In this document: positions 25,901-39,232 of the stretch, piece by piece
Position numbering within the stretch: the first letter of the stretch is position 1
How the letters are laid out: each line of letters starts with the position of its first letter
From: Octopus sinensis
Lineage: Eukaryota
Direction: 5' to 3'
NCBI RefSeq assembly: GCF_006345805.1
Contig: NC_043021.1
Coordinates: 22,444,001 to 22,508,000 of the forward strand
DNA: 64,000 bases
Notes under the pieces: model-generated
The model's database searches: none
What the model saw: the letters and a program-made list of their open reading frames with translations, nothing else
What the model was told of the DNA's origin: nothing
Program-made: the position numbers and the translations under genes

Positions 25901-26274
25901 CTAGCAGTATCGCCCGGCGTTGCTCAGGTTTGTAAGGGAAATAACTATAAAGCATTTTTAGAGAGTTATAGCCAAAAAATGGAAAAAAAATGATGGTAAA
26001 TTTTTTTTGAGAGTTAAAAAAGGTGGAGTTGCGTCCCCTAGACAGTCTGTGGTTTGGGTTTCTGATTCTCGACCCCATGTCGAATTTATCGATTTTTTTC
26101 AGAACTGGGGGAACTTTTCAAAATTTTCGCTGCGTTAGTTTTGAATTATGACATTGGGCTATGTGTATGTCAAGTTTCATCAGAATCGGTTGAAAGCCGT
26201 GGCCAGAGTGAGGGTACGAGAAAACAGACACACAGAAAACGCACAGACAAACTGCCGTTTATATAGAGAGAGAT
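25900..26274 (+). mobile_element. Non-autonomous rolling-circle-type element (Lep1/HINE-like), copy 1
   Basis: Starts actagc...cgcccggcgttgctcagg directly after (TA)n, has core aagtttcatcagaatcggttgaaagccgt and a (cagacaca) tract, and ends tttatatagagagagat. Nearly identical to 38847-39232. Family assignment is from remembered Lep1/DINE-1-like architecture. Confidence 0.65.
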
Positions 26275-26589
26275 ATGCTCTGTGCGTCTAGGATTTAGAA
26301 GGCTACCCACTGACGAACCTTGCCTGGGCAAACATATTCTGTATGTTTTGCTAGAAAGAGGTAGAAACTGATCAGTCTGGGATACATCTATAATGGTAAA
26401 TGTTTTTGATTTTCATTCCTTTGATGAATTTATCCCTCTTTGTGTTTCTAGCGCTTGCTTCCTTATTTGAGAACCTTTATTTTATTTCTATACGAAAAAT
26501 ATATCGTCTAATGACTACTTCGTCTTTTGTGCTAGGCCACTGGTAATAATAAATTATTACCCTTTTTAATTATGTGTATATATATATAT

Positions 26590-26920
26590 ATATATAACTA
26601 GCTTTCCAACTGCATGACTCTGGTGTCAGTGCCACTGAGTGACAAATTCGGCAAGTATTTGCTGCAATAGCTTCGAGATTTATTACATGGAAAGAGAAAG
26701 TAGTCTGTTGTCTGCGCGTATGTATGTGTGTGTATATGTGTGTTTTTGTGTCTGTGTTTGACGCATTGCTGCACAATCGGTGTTGGTGCGCTTTCGTACT
26801 CTTAATTGAGTGATTCCGCTAAAGAGTGTGATAGAATAAGAACCACGTTGAAACAACAAGGTTAACGAAATCCTTTCAGGTGGTGCTGAAGCATCGCTGC
26901 AGTTTACTGACTGAAACGAT
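26590..26920 (+). mobile_element. Old, degenerate SINE family B
   Basis: gtgtctgtgtttg...caatcggtgttggtgcgctt...ttccgctaaagagtgtgatagaataag...ggtggtgctgaagcatcgctgcagtttactgactgaaac. Confidence 0.5.
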
Positions 26921-27081
26921 AATAAGTATATATATATATATATATATAATATATATATATATATAAATAGATGAGTGTATTTTTACCTTGTTAACAATTA
27001 ACACGGAAAAAATAAATAAATAGTTACCAGGGCAGCAAAAACTCACAAGTAAAGATGTTGTAACTCCATTTTTCATTCATA

Positions 27082-27127
<46 letters not shown>

Positions 27128-27129
<2 letters not shown>

Positions 27130-27321
27130 TGTCGTCATGATAGATCGTTAGCCACTACACACATTTTTGTCTCTCTTTGTTTCTCCCTGTGTCCGTCCCT
27201 TTCTGTGTAAAAGCGTAGGCTCGAAACGTAAAATACTTTTTCTATTACTCAACGTTATACAAATACATCTGTTTGTTTTGTACACCACATGTCTTCGACT
27301 TTTGTTTTTTTCGTAAGCTCT

Positions 27322-27325
<4 letters not shown>
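27128..27325 (+). mobile_element. Short TA-flanked element with degenerate hammerhead-like motif
   Basis: (TA)n on both sides. CTTT-CTGTGTA-A-AAGC-GTAG-GCTC-GAAAC-GTA-AAA at 27199-27233. Ends ctccc(TA)n. Confidence 0.45.
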
Positions 27326-27379
<54 letters not shown>

Positions 27380-28009
27380 CAACTGCTGGCAAATGCCATA
27401 GCTATCTTTAATTTAGGGTTTCGGTAAAAGTTAAGGCGTAACTAACTTCCGTTAAAATATGTTTTGGCGTCGAGTTTTTCGAATAAATATTTCAAAGTAG
27501 TACTTCAGTAATGGCCGAATCTAATGAGTGAAACAGGTAAAAGATAAATGATAACACGTTCGGAAATGCCATTAATTTATTAATAGACATGGATTTGCTC
27601 AAATCGGGTGAGCACTATATATTTGATTTGTTTAAAATTACAATTCCTTCGCAGAGTACGGCAGACTGCTGCACAGAAGTAACACATGAAGTTTATATAG
27701 AGAAATATAAAGTAACACAAAATAGAAAAACACCGTGAAATATGAGCAGTAAAAATCTGTTGGCTTTAACCCAAAATGTTACCGAAAGTGAAAAATAAAA
27801 TATTTTTATCAAGATTTATTAAAATTGGAACTTTTGAGAATTTAATATCGCTTTCGATTGATCCCTAAATATGTACACTTTTACTTTTATACATACAGAT
27901 ATTCCTACAAAAATAAACACGTATGATCATACAGCCTGGCACACAAGTAAGCAGACACATACATAGACATACGCACATAAACATATATATATATATATAA
28001 TTATATATA

Positions 28010-28093
<84 letters not shown>

Positions 28094-28922
28094 GCATTCA
28101 CTAACAGAATTGCTTTCTCACATAGGTAGGTTTATGTTCAGATGTGTATGAACCGAAGTGTATTTCCGCGTGTCTGTTTGATTTTTGCATTTCAATAAGC
28201 TTATCACGTATATAAAATTGTACAAATGGTTGAAATCTACCTGGAAATTAACAACAAAAGTAAAAATGAAAAGGTGGGATCAACATTTATGCGTTCGTTT
28301 TCCTTTGACAATTTTACTTTCATGGAAATTAGTTTTATGATATTAAATAAGATCGCTTTAAAAATTTTATATTTGTTATCATAACGCTATCACGTATTGA
28401 ATATTTGTAATGTGTATGTTTGCATGCATTCCGTTGTGATTATATCTATTGAATTTTTTTACGGAAATATCATACCTGTATGAATATCGGATTACGCATA
28501 TATTCGTACACTGATACACAGGTGTACACGTAGACGCATATGATTTATACATATATACGAATTACACAGCATATAAACGAGTACATATGTGTGAAATATT
28601 TATGTTTAACTATCTATATATGCATTTACCTATATCCTCCTTTCTCTCTCACTCTCTTTTTCTTTACAGACAAACACATATAAAATATGACAGAAAGAAA
28701 TTGCAATTCGGGTGAGTCTTTATTGAGAACCACTACAAACGTTTCGAACAAGTAATGCACCGGTGCCTTCCAGGTGAGACGTTGTACAAACAGTTGCTGT
28801 TTTCAGGTAGCCCAATGCTGTGAAAAGCGTTTAAAAAGTATACCACAAGGCGTATACCCAAATAATATATATATATATTTGCATGTGTGTCTGTGTTCGT
28901 GCGTGCGTATGCATACATATAT

Positions 28923-28967
<45 letters not shown>

Positions 28968-29229
28968 TTACATATAAAGATTAGTAGAGATAGAGGGTGG
29001 AATAACCGTCTAAGGGATAAAAATATCCGTATTATTATCGCTATAATTACCTATGCTAACTCTGGGCATGCATATGCAAGCATAGCATGCGCATAGCTTA
29101 CACGCAATGACAAGGATAAACATGGGTTTATCAGGAATCAAATTTACAGTAAGCAGAAGATTGAGAAATATTGATCAGCAACAATTCACTAGCATCGATT
29201 ATTACTTTTTAATACAACTAAACTGTATC

Positions 29230-29330
29230 CCATCTAACAGCTGTTTCTGCTTCCACATGGTTCCAGTGAACCCGGAACCATGTGGTTCGTAAGCAAGCTA
29301 CTTACTACACAGCCACTCCTACGCCTATGT
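29230..29330 (-). mobile_element. SINE family B head fragment
   Basis: gtgaacccggaaccatgtggttcgtaagcaagctacttactacacagccactcctacgcct. Confidence 0.75.
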
Positions 29331-29394
29331 ATATATTTATATGTATAAATATATATATATATATTTCGGTTGAATTCAGGCAAAAATTTGAAAC

Positions 29395-29435
29395 CATTAT
29401 TATAGTCATCATCATTATTGCCATTATTATTGTTA

Positions 29436-29473
<38 letters not shown>

Positions 29474-29515
29474 GTTGTTGTTGTTGTTGATGTCGTATTG
29501 TAATTATTATTATTA
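29395..29515. repeat. (ATT)n/(GTT)n trinucleotide microsatellite
   Basis: Direct reading of attattatt...gttgttgtt. Confidence 0.9.
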
Positions 29516-30282
29516 GAGGCATATTGTTGATTGCGGGGAAATATTGCGGAGATTATTAAGTCATACTAGTTGACCAAAATTTGTTAAAATCATGAATATT
29601 CATATATACAAGACAAAGAAATATTCCAAAGAGAAATACGTTAATAAAACATAATTTGTAGATAACAATTCTACAACTAATACAAATAATTATTTTATTA
29701 TTTATAACTTTTTTTTAATATTTATCCTCTTCATCATCATTTCAATTCGAATAATAATAATTATATTTGAACGAATAATAATATCTACAGAAGCTTCAGC
29801 TTGTATGATTCCAAGCGATAAGTAACTTCTTTTTCATTTTGTTTCTATTTACCATTTTCTTTAATTTCATTATTCCAATAATTATTTTTCCTTTGCCTTC
29901 AAGCAAAACAATAGTTTGCGAACAAGGTTATACAAGATAATGGAACGTAATCTCCAGACATAGAGTTCCGTTGAGCATGATGTGTAATATTTCCCTGCTT
30001 TCGGATGTATCCTTCAATTGACCTTCACACGATTCCTTTACAAAAGCATCCAATGGCTTTCATCTAATGAAATATTCATTAGAAATGTCTGAAATTCACT
30101 GAATGACGTACAGCGATTCAGAATTTGTAGTTCACGTACTATTTTATGAGTTCTTCGGTACAGGTGTGTGACTATGTTGATGCAAAGATAATCTGCTTGT
30201 TGACGATTATTTACACGAAGGAGAGAGGACTGCGATACATATATAAGTATACGTATTTGATATTTCCTGACGTGTTCATATG

Positions 30283-30580
30283 TATTTCTTTATTTCCCAA
30301 AGTGGGCTAAACTTAGAGGGGACAAAAGATCACAGACAAAGGGATTAAGTGGGTTACATCGACCCCAGTACGTAAACGGTACTTATTTAATCGACCACGA
30401 AAGGATGAAAGACAAAGTCGACATCGGCGGAAATTGAACACAGAACATTACGGTTGACGAAATACCTATTTCTTTACTACCCACAAGGGGATAAACACAG
30501 AGAGGACAAACAAAGACAGACAAACGGATTAAGTCGATTACATCGACGCCAGTACGTAAACGGTACTTATTTAATCGACT
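30283..30580 (-). mobile_element. SINE family A, tandem bodies without head
   Basis: Two bodies joined at gacgaaatacctatttctttactacccac (about 30456-30484). Confidence 0.85.
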
Positions 30581-30895
30581 CACTGCTTTTCCTCACATAT
30601 ACATGTTGATTATACATATATACACATACTATATACATACGCACAATTACACATACAGACAAACACACATACATGCACAAATACACACACTCACACAAAC
30701 ATATACTGGTATGTATCTATCAAATATATAACTATTTGTATTTGATATTTACTCGCGTGTACATGTTGATTATGCAGACAGACACACACACACATACGCG
30801 AACATGCACACACGCGCACACACTCTCAAACACACACACATCCACACGCACACACATATATATACATACATATATATATATATATATACATACAC

Positions 30896-30939
<44 letters not shown>

Positions 30940-33900
30940 ATACACTACTTTATTTTGAGTTTGCTTGTCTTAACAATATGTTTCCTAGTATTGAGCTATT
31001 ATTCTCAGTATGTTCAGCTTGTATAACAATCTCTGTTGCTGAGAACTGGATGGTTACTTGCTGCCACGCATATATTCACAAATCACATCTCTCTCTCACA
31101 CACACACACATACACACATACACATCAGCCTTGTATTCAACGTCGAATCACGCACTTTCCACAACAATCACAGCTCTCATTCCTTTTCCTCCATCACTAG
31201 AACCTAGGTTTTCTCACAAATGATCCTAGTATATATTTTTGCTGCCCCTCTTGAAATGCAACTCTTCAAGAAAAGGGTTAACTGCATGGATCCGTTGTGA
31301 TTTGGGACGCTTGGGAATTCTTTGCAGTTACCTTCCATTCAGGACTAGCTGAAAATATTAACACTCGATACAGGGAAGATAACAATTCCCCCAAATAATT
31401 AATTGCGTATGACTATATCCCGAACGTTTCGATTTTGCCCTTTTATTATTCTGAAGTCAGTATAATACCGTTGAATATATCTAGTAGAACATTTCCCAAA
31501 TTTCTTACATTGCATCTATATTAGCTTTCATGACAATTGCTATGCGAGATCTTACGGAGATGAGTTGGAAGAAGTATTAGAGCGTTCGAATAATATCTAG
31601 CGATATCTCTTCTTAATCATTCTGTGTCGCATTCGTGATCAATTTTGACTGCTAATCCTACAATATCGAAAATTAGTAGATCATTATTTAGTAACCAATC
31701 CTACAAGATCAATAATTAGTAGTAACGTGGGAGACCTGGATTCGATCCTGACAGAGGTAGAAAAGACATTAAGAAGCTAGTGCAAGCGTAGAAAAAGATT
31801 AAGCAAATTCTATCTGAAAGAGCTTGCAGCTTAAATAGTTTCAAAATACTTAAGCACATCTTACAAGAAAACAAGGTTATTCAACTGAATGCAAAATGAT
31901 TTTATCTCAACATCAGAAAAAAAAATGTAACGACTCTAAGATACTGCAACCAACAAGAACGGGATTGGCAGAAAGAAATATGATACAAAAATTATTTTGC
32001 AGAATAATAAATAGCTAAATGGATGAAAAGGAATATTATTGTAAGATACATCCGATGAAAATGACACCGAACTCTCTAGAACTGTAACCACTTGGAAATT
32101 TTCCTTATTGAATATGTAGCCCGGTTTAGCCTGAAACACTTTGTTATACTCGTGAAAATACTGCGGCAATAAGTAAAATGTCATATGAAGCAGACGCAGA
32201 AACAGTACTTGAGTGATTGCTAAGTAAGTGAAACATTAATTGTGGAAGACAAAATTACCGACAACCACCATAAGTAGAAGTGAAGAAAGTACTTTCTAAC
32301 AAGAGATAAAATCTTTAAATTTACAGTAGGTTGCTCTTCGATTGACGACTGGTTCAGAATTGACATGTGACTGCAGTTCTGCCACTCGTAGAGAAACTCT
32401 GTCTTTAATAAAACTGCTTCACTTACAATATGATCAAAGGTACGACCTCCTAATATTTCCTACCGCAATTTATACACCACTCAGAAGGGGTTTTTTTTTC
32501 AGGTTTTGAAACACATTCTCAAGTAGGTTTTCTGTGGTGTGCACAATTCTTGCAAAGAATTCAATAAGAGCCATCGTATAACATAACTTACATTTCGAAG
32601 AAGAAATTACTTAAGAGTGCAAAAATAGTCTGCATTATCCGGGCTGTTGAGTTTGATACGTATTGGATGGTATTTGCCACTTGATTTATGAAACAAAATC
32701 CATGGTCCAATACTGGCGTGATACATGCGTGTAGACAAAAGTATACGAAATAGTAATTTATGCTTCCTTACTTTTTCAAGATCTACCCATATTCGTCTTG
32801 GCCTTGCAACCATACGTAACCTATAGAAGTGGACCAATGGATTTTTGATATCCATTAAATAAACTATTTTTGAACTGTGTAAAGGAAGACAATACGAAGC
32901 TAGAACAAATACGAGAGAGAAATCAGCAAACTGCATGGCGTAGGCAGAGATGCCAGTTCGATGGGAAATATATTTCGTAGTATTTAGTTACGTGATACCA
33001 CTTTCTCGCTTCGAATTGCATTCAGGTCACCGTTACGTTTTTATATATTCACGAACGAGAGCCGTAAAGATCGTCTATACCATTCACCCCATCTGACTTT
33101 ATGTATCTGCTATAAATCATTGTGTATCAAACTTAGTTATGCAGGAATGTATACCAATATGCGATTTACTATACGAATCTACTCAAGTAATTGCAGTATA
33201 TCTAATAAGGACACTTCTCTATATAATAATATTCTTAGCGTATGAATGTGAGGATCGCATGCGTGATATACGTAAGTAAAGATAATCTGGGTCATCACAA
33301 TTATTTCCTCATTTGAATCATTACCTCGTTCTGTTTAGTCAATTCAATTTCGATCAATCGATCAGGCATGTTCTGAATAATAATGTAATCCCACAGTCCG
33401 ATTATGTATTATCGATAGCATCCTCGTTTAAAACTTAAATATCTTCACAGCTTGGCTAAGGAAGTTGCTTCAAGGTAGCGCTGCAGCCTCAACCGTTATT
33501 CTACCCCATTTGGCTTAATACTTTCTAATTAATATCAAACACATAAAATTCTCCATTCCTTACTTTACACCTTAATAAATGGTCGATATTTTATATGGAA
33601 CAAAAATATCATCGACAAATAAAACAAGCGATGCAGGTTTTAGTTCAATATGGTTGGTGTTAGTATTATCGTTAGGATTATAATTATCATTGGTTTATGC
33701 ATCAAAACGGGAATTAATAATGCGTTACACTAACGTTGAAATAATGTTCCTTTTAATTTATTTTCGCAATAAAGCATGCCTCTCCTTCTTTTTTTATCTA
33801 ATTCCAGTTAATGCAATTTATTCTTGACAACTAACAAAATGGCTGTAAATTAATTCCGCACACGTTGCATGCTTTTCCTGCCTAAAAACCTCGCTGATAT

Positions 33901-34162
33901 GGCATAACCTTTGCCAAGTCTTGTGACCGGAAACTATGCTGAGAGAAAAACGTGTTGATTTCGTTCTCGCTGTGAACACACAAATACACACACACACGCA
34001 CTCTCTCTCTCTCTCTCTGTGGAAAATATTTGCCGTTGCCTTTTTCATGTCCGCCAATGCTGCTTGTTAAAATGGCGCCTGTTATTCCTTACTTACTCCT
34101 ACGTATATGACATCAGCAGCAGCTGTCAATATTTGTTTTCATTTTTAAATTATTTCCCTTCC

Positions 34163-34750
34163 TAAGGCGGCAAGCTTGCAGTAACGTTATCACGTCAGGT
34201 GAAATATTTAGCGGCATTTCGTTTGTCTTTACGTTGTGAGTTCAATTTGCGCCGAGGGTGATTTTGCCTTTCATCCTTCGGGGTCGATTAAATAAGTACC
34301 AGTTACGCACTGGGGTCGTGGTTATCGACTTAATCCGTTTGTCTGTCCTTGTTTGTCCTCTCTGTGTGTAGCCCCTGGTGGGTAGAAAAGAAATAGGTAT
34401 TTCATCTGCCGCTACGTCCTGAGTTCAAATTACGCCGAGGTTGACTTTGCCTTTCATCCTTTCGGGATCGATTAAATAAGTGCCAGTTACACACTGGGGT
34501 CGATATAATCGATTTAATCCGTGTGTCTGTCCTTGTTCATCTCCTCTGTGCTTAGCCCCTTGTGGGTAGCAAAGAAATAGAAATGGGTATTTTGTCTGCG
34601 CTACGTTCTGAGTTCAAATTCCGCTTAGGTAAACTTTGCCTTTCATTCTTTCGGGGTCGATTAAATTGTGTACCAGTTGCGTACAGATGTCGATGTAATC
34701 GACAGCCCCACACACACTTCTCAAGAATTTCGGGCTTGGGCCTAGAGTAG
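34163..34750 (+). mobile_element. SINE family A: head plus three tandem bodies
   Basis: aaggcggcaagcttgcagtaacg head, then three units each with gagttcaaat...gcctttcat...ggggtcgattaaat...accag. The third unit has an alternative tail. Confidence 0.88.
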
Positions 34751-34791
34751 AAAAGAATATTTGTCTTTATTTCAGAAAAGAAAATTAAAAC

Positions 34792-34858
34792 ATTATTTTA
34801 CCCGATATTTTACCCCTTTATTATACCCTGTTATTTTACCCCTATTATTTTACCCGTA
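34792..34858. repeat. Short minisatellite, about 5 units of (a/t)ttattttaccc
   Basis: attatttttacccgatattttacccctttattataccctgttattttacccctattattttacccg. Confidence 0.75.
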
Positions 34859-35242
34859 AGCGTATTAATTTTTCTACTGATACATCCCACGTTGAGTAGG
34901 AAATTGAGTAACGAAACACACTCATATTTCTCTTTTTGACATTTTGTGCCGCGAACGTACATTGGGCGCCTATAATTAAACACAAATACCTTGTAGTTCA
35001 AAAAGTGAGTTATAATGTTACTTTCACATGCATGAAACGTATGGAGTACGTAAACCAAAATATTTTAAATTACGACGGTAATTTGAAATCCTGCTGTCTC
35101 GGTTCACCGACAATGGGTTATTCCTCTACGGCACACACCATTAAGCCGTCATACTGTTTGCTTTAATTGTTTTCTGACTTTCTTACAGATGTCAAAATCG
35201 AATATTTAGTCCCTTCATATATTCGGTCGTTATCTTATGGGT

Positions 35243-35612
35243 GGAGGCGCAATGGCCCAGTGGTTAGGGCAGCGGACTCGCGGTCATAGGATCGTGGTTT
35301 CGATTCCCAGACCAGGCGTTGTGAGTGTTTATTGAGCGAAAACACCTAAAGCTCCACGAGGCTCCGGCAGGGGATGGTGGTGATACCTGCTGTACTCTTT
35401 CACCACAACTTTCTCTCACTCTTACTTCCTGTTTCTGTTGTACCTGTATTTCAAGGGGCCGGCCTTGCCACTCTCTGTGTCGCGCTGAATATCCCCGAGA
35501 ACTACGTTAAGGGTACACGTGTCTGTGGAGTGCTCAGCCACTTACACGTTAATTTCACAAGCAGGCTGTACCGTTGATTCGGATCAACCGGAACCCTCAT
35601 CGTCGTAACCGA
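35243..35612 (+). mobile_element. tRNA-derived SINE family C (head 1 plus tail 1)
   Basis: ggaggcgcaatggcccagtggttagggcagcggactc...ggtttcgattccc head. Tail ...gagaactacgttaagggtacacgtgtctgtgg...cgtcgtaaccga is shared with 52667-52990. Confidence 0.85.
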
Positions 35613-35689
35613 TGGAGTGTTTCCCCCTCCCCGTTATCTTATGGAAATATCTAACAGAAAATTGTTGCGCCAATATGGTAATATGTGTT

Positions 35690-35895
35690 TCAAATTTTGG
35701 CACAAGGCCAGCGATTTCGGGGGAATGGGTAATTCGACTGCAGCGACCATAGTGCACAAATGGAAACTATTTACCGACCCCGAATGGATGAGAGGCAATA
35801 TTCAACCTCCCTCGGCATTTGAAATCGGAAGGTAAAGACGGACGAAATGGCTTTAAGCATTTTATTCGGAGTGCTAACGTTTCAACTAGCTAACC
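35690..35895 (-). mobile_element. Degenerate SINE family A variant
   Basis: ttttggcacaaggccagc...atttaccgaccccgaatggatgagaggc...ctcggcatttgaa...gacggacgaaatgg...gtgctaacg. Confidence 0.65.
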
Positions 35896-37955
35896 ACCTT
35901 TATTACCTTGTTAGTCTTAGGATGTATATAGTATTAGTTTGAAAGGTTTACACTAGGGGCCAGCCAGCAATCACGAGGTGGGTGGGGTAAGCCGATTATT
36001 CAACTGTTATTTATTTCACCGGCACAGAGCGGAGGAAAAGCAAAGTCGACTTCGGGAGAATGTATTAGCAGAGAGGCATCCAATAGACATGGCATCGAGG
36101 CGGCCCTGCCCCGTTAAAGTGTAAGAAATAAAGAGCCCAAAATTTTCCCTGTGGAGAGTGGACTGCCACTCAAATCCCTCCTGCTATTCACCTATCCACA
36201 GTTCTACACTACCAAAACCTTACAACGTTAACTAAATATCACTACAGACAATAATCTAGTATTGAGTTGGAATGTTACAGTTGCATTTCTAAGAGTTATT
36301 GACAACGTTAAATGGCTTCAAAAGGTTTCATTCTCCTGTAAATACACCCATGTATTCACACACAAAATTATACATGAAAGAAGTCAGTACAATTTTTAGA
36401 AACTACATTTCTAATTTATAACAAACAATGTTTTACTCGTATCGAATAGTTTACTACTTTGTATCAAAAAGAAGTAGCTATTTTCCATCAAAGAACTTAC
36501 AACTTTTATATCAAAGGCGTTGCAAATGTAATACTAACGGAAAGTTAGGCATTAGCAAATAATGTTTAAAGAGTGCACATTTGACTTTCTTAACTTTAGG
36601 TCGATCGAAGATGTAAGTGGCGTGAAAGCGCTTTGTATGTAAACATGTTCATACATATTCACTTAGAAATGCTGTATAAACTAAATGATTCATCTTATAT
36701 ATAAAAGCATTACTGCACAAATATGCCACTCTGAAGTTGAGTTACAATTTGAAGGTCACCATAAATTATTCCTCGTGCATTCATTAAACGGATGGTGCAT
36801 AATTATTTTACTACGCATTTAGCTTTAAGTCGACCCGGATTGTGCAAATGTATGTATAAACGTATTCCAGCCACGAACATTCGGCTTGTTGCAGATATAT
36901 TTCTGGTCCTTGGCAAAACGTCAAATGCATGTTATTCAGGACTCAAGACTTTCGATAAATATAGAGTTGATATTGTTCACCAATTATCAATGAGTTTTGT
37001 TTGGCTGCGAAGATTATAGTTATAAAGAGACCCACTTATTTGATATATATCAGAAAATAGTTTTGTGGATATGTCATAAAGAATAGAAGTAAGGCTGACT
37101 GCTGATAGGTTGTATAACCCAAAGAGCGCGTGTACAAAACCCTGAAATAGCACAAGCTAGCCCTCTCTGTAAGGGTTCAATATATACTGTGGTTTAAGTG
37201 TAGGACTGAATAAACACTAAAACAGCACTATCAGTGTGAATCGTTAGAAGGCAAATGCTAAACCTCATTTGTATATTCAACTCTTCAAAGAAAAAAAAAA
37301 CAGTAATTATTTTAAGATTTCGCTATGGAGGTTCACCATCGTTGACACATGGAGAGAGAAGAGAGAAAGGTTGTGGATTATATCCTTTATTGGAAAATAT
37401 ATTTCCTAATAACGTGGGTAGATTTGAGACAGATGTTACTGGTAAACAATTCGAGTGGCAATCGTTGCAGCTAATTGTCACATAATTTAGAATAAATGCT
37501 ATATGGAGAGGCAATGTAAACTCTAAAACTATCAAACTCCACAACTCAGAGAATCATTTGCATTGCTGTATTGGTACATCACCGTTCAACCTCCCCTTCA
37601 AAATATAAAGATATTTCAAATTATATAATGAGATCGTTAGGACTATGCCTTATAATTTATATAGGTATATAAATTATATGTATATATATATATATATATA
37701 TATGCCCCCATAATTACATACATATATATTCATGTGGAGGATATCAACCCCATAATTAACCACTAATATCTACGAGATACTGTCTGTTTCTGTATCATGA
37801 AATAGTTGCAAAGGCTATTTTGCATTGCTATCCGAAGGAATGATTGCTCTGACGTATACTTTTAAGGCATGTCGGGAGGCGCGTGCATTCACACCTTTGA
37901 AAGCAAAGAATAATAATGGGACATTCCAACACCGATTCCTCGCAAACTAAATAAA

Positions 37956-38190
37956 CCTATTTCTTTATTACCCACAAGGGGCTAAACACAGAGGGGACAA
38001 ACAAGGACAGGCATAGGTATTAAGTCGATTGCATCGACCCCCAGTGCGTAACTGTTACTTAATTTATCGACCCCGAAAGGATGAAAGGCAAAGTCTACCT
38101 CGGCGGAATTTGAACTCACATCGTAACGACAGACGAAATACGGCTGCGCATTTCGTCCAGCGTGCTAGCGTTTCTGATAGCTCGCCGCCT
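37956..38190 (-). mobile_element. Full-length SINE family A
   Basis: Reverse-complement match to 53482-53714. Confidence 0.9.
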
Positions 38191-38846
38191 TCAAACTCAA
38201 TAAACCCAATGTTCTTCTGTGCAGCAGGGAACAAATCTTACGCACTATTGTAGAGATTGACTGCACGAATAAACGACACTATGTATGGTGAAATATTAAA
38301 TCTTGTACCCGGACTACAAATTCTCATCCGCAACAGAAGTCGCAGGTGCTTTATGTTATGTAATTACGAATTAATGCGAAAACCTAAAAACGCTAAGGTT
38401 TACGGAGATCAGACGAAGTTATGCGGATTATCTAAATTTAATCTATTAGTGGCAAGATAAGGTTTATATATAAGATGTTCCTATAATTCTAAACTTGAGA
38501 TTTTTAGGTGAATTGAAGTACACACTTACCCAAGCTCAACGAATAGATCTATTCAAGCACATATTCATATTTACTAACACCGGTCACAGAACAACAAAAA
38601 AAACGTCTGGTTACTTTGTTAACAAGAGGCATGAATTTAGATAACCCTCAAAGAAAACAATATTTTTATGGGGCGCAACTACGTGGACATTTCCAGACTC
38701 CGACTAAAGAAGCAATTGGATGGGAATGATTCGTGTAACATGTCTTGTACTGTTTGCTGTTATTGTGTTATCGTGCTGTTTCTGCTCCTTATGTTTTGAC
38801 GTTTTCCGTTTGTTATGTTTCTAACCTTATATATATATATATATAT

Positions 38847-39232
38847 ACTAGCAGTATCGCCCGGCTTTGCTCAGGTTTGTAAGGGAAATAACTATAAAGC
38901 ATTTTTAGAGAGTTATAGCCAAAAAATAGCAAAAATATGGAAAAAAAATGATAGTAAATTTTTTTGAGAGTTAAAAAAGGTCGAGTTGCGTCCCCTAGAC
39001 AGTCTGTGGTTTGTGTTTCTGATTCTCGACCCCATGTCGAATTTATCGATTATTTTCAGAACTGGGGGAACTTTTCAAAATTTTCGCTTCGTTAGTTTTG
39101 AATTATGACATTGGGCTATGTGTGTGTCAAGTTTCATCAGAATCGGTTGAAAGCCGTGGTCAGGGTGAGGGTACAACCAAACAGACACACAGAAACACAC
39201 AGAGACAAACTGCCGTTTATATAGAGAGAGAT
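38847..39232 (+). mobile_element. Non-autonomous rolling-circle-type element (Lep1/HINE-like), copy 2
   Basis: Same termini and interior as 25900-26274; also directly preceded by (TA)n. Confidence 0.65.

Noticed and set aside
26310-26352. Possible small phase-1 exon KHTEYVCP with a GC donor upstream of the Ly6 exon
   Set aside because: Supplies only one Cys, needs a non-canonical donor, and lies in sequence resembling a repeat also seen near 6120-6290.
28713-28815. Minus-strand Cys-containing frame (IGLPENSNCLYNVSPGRHRCITCSKRL) as the missing Ly6 exon
   Set aside because: Stops immediately after the C-x2-C, has no good donor and has the wrong Cys spacing.
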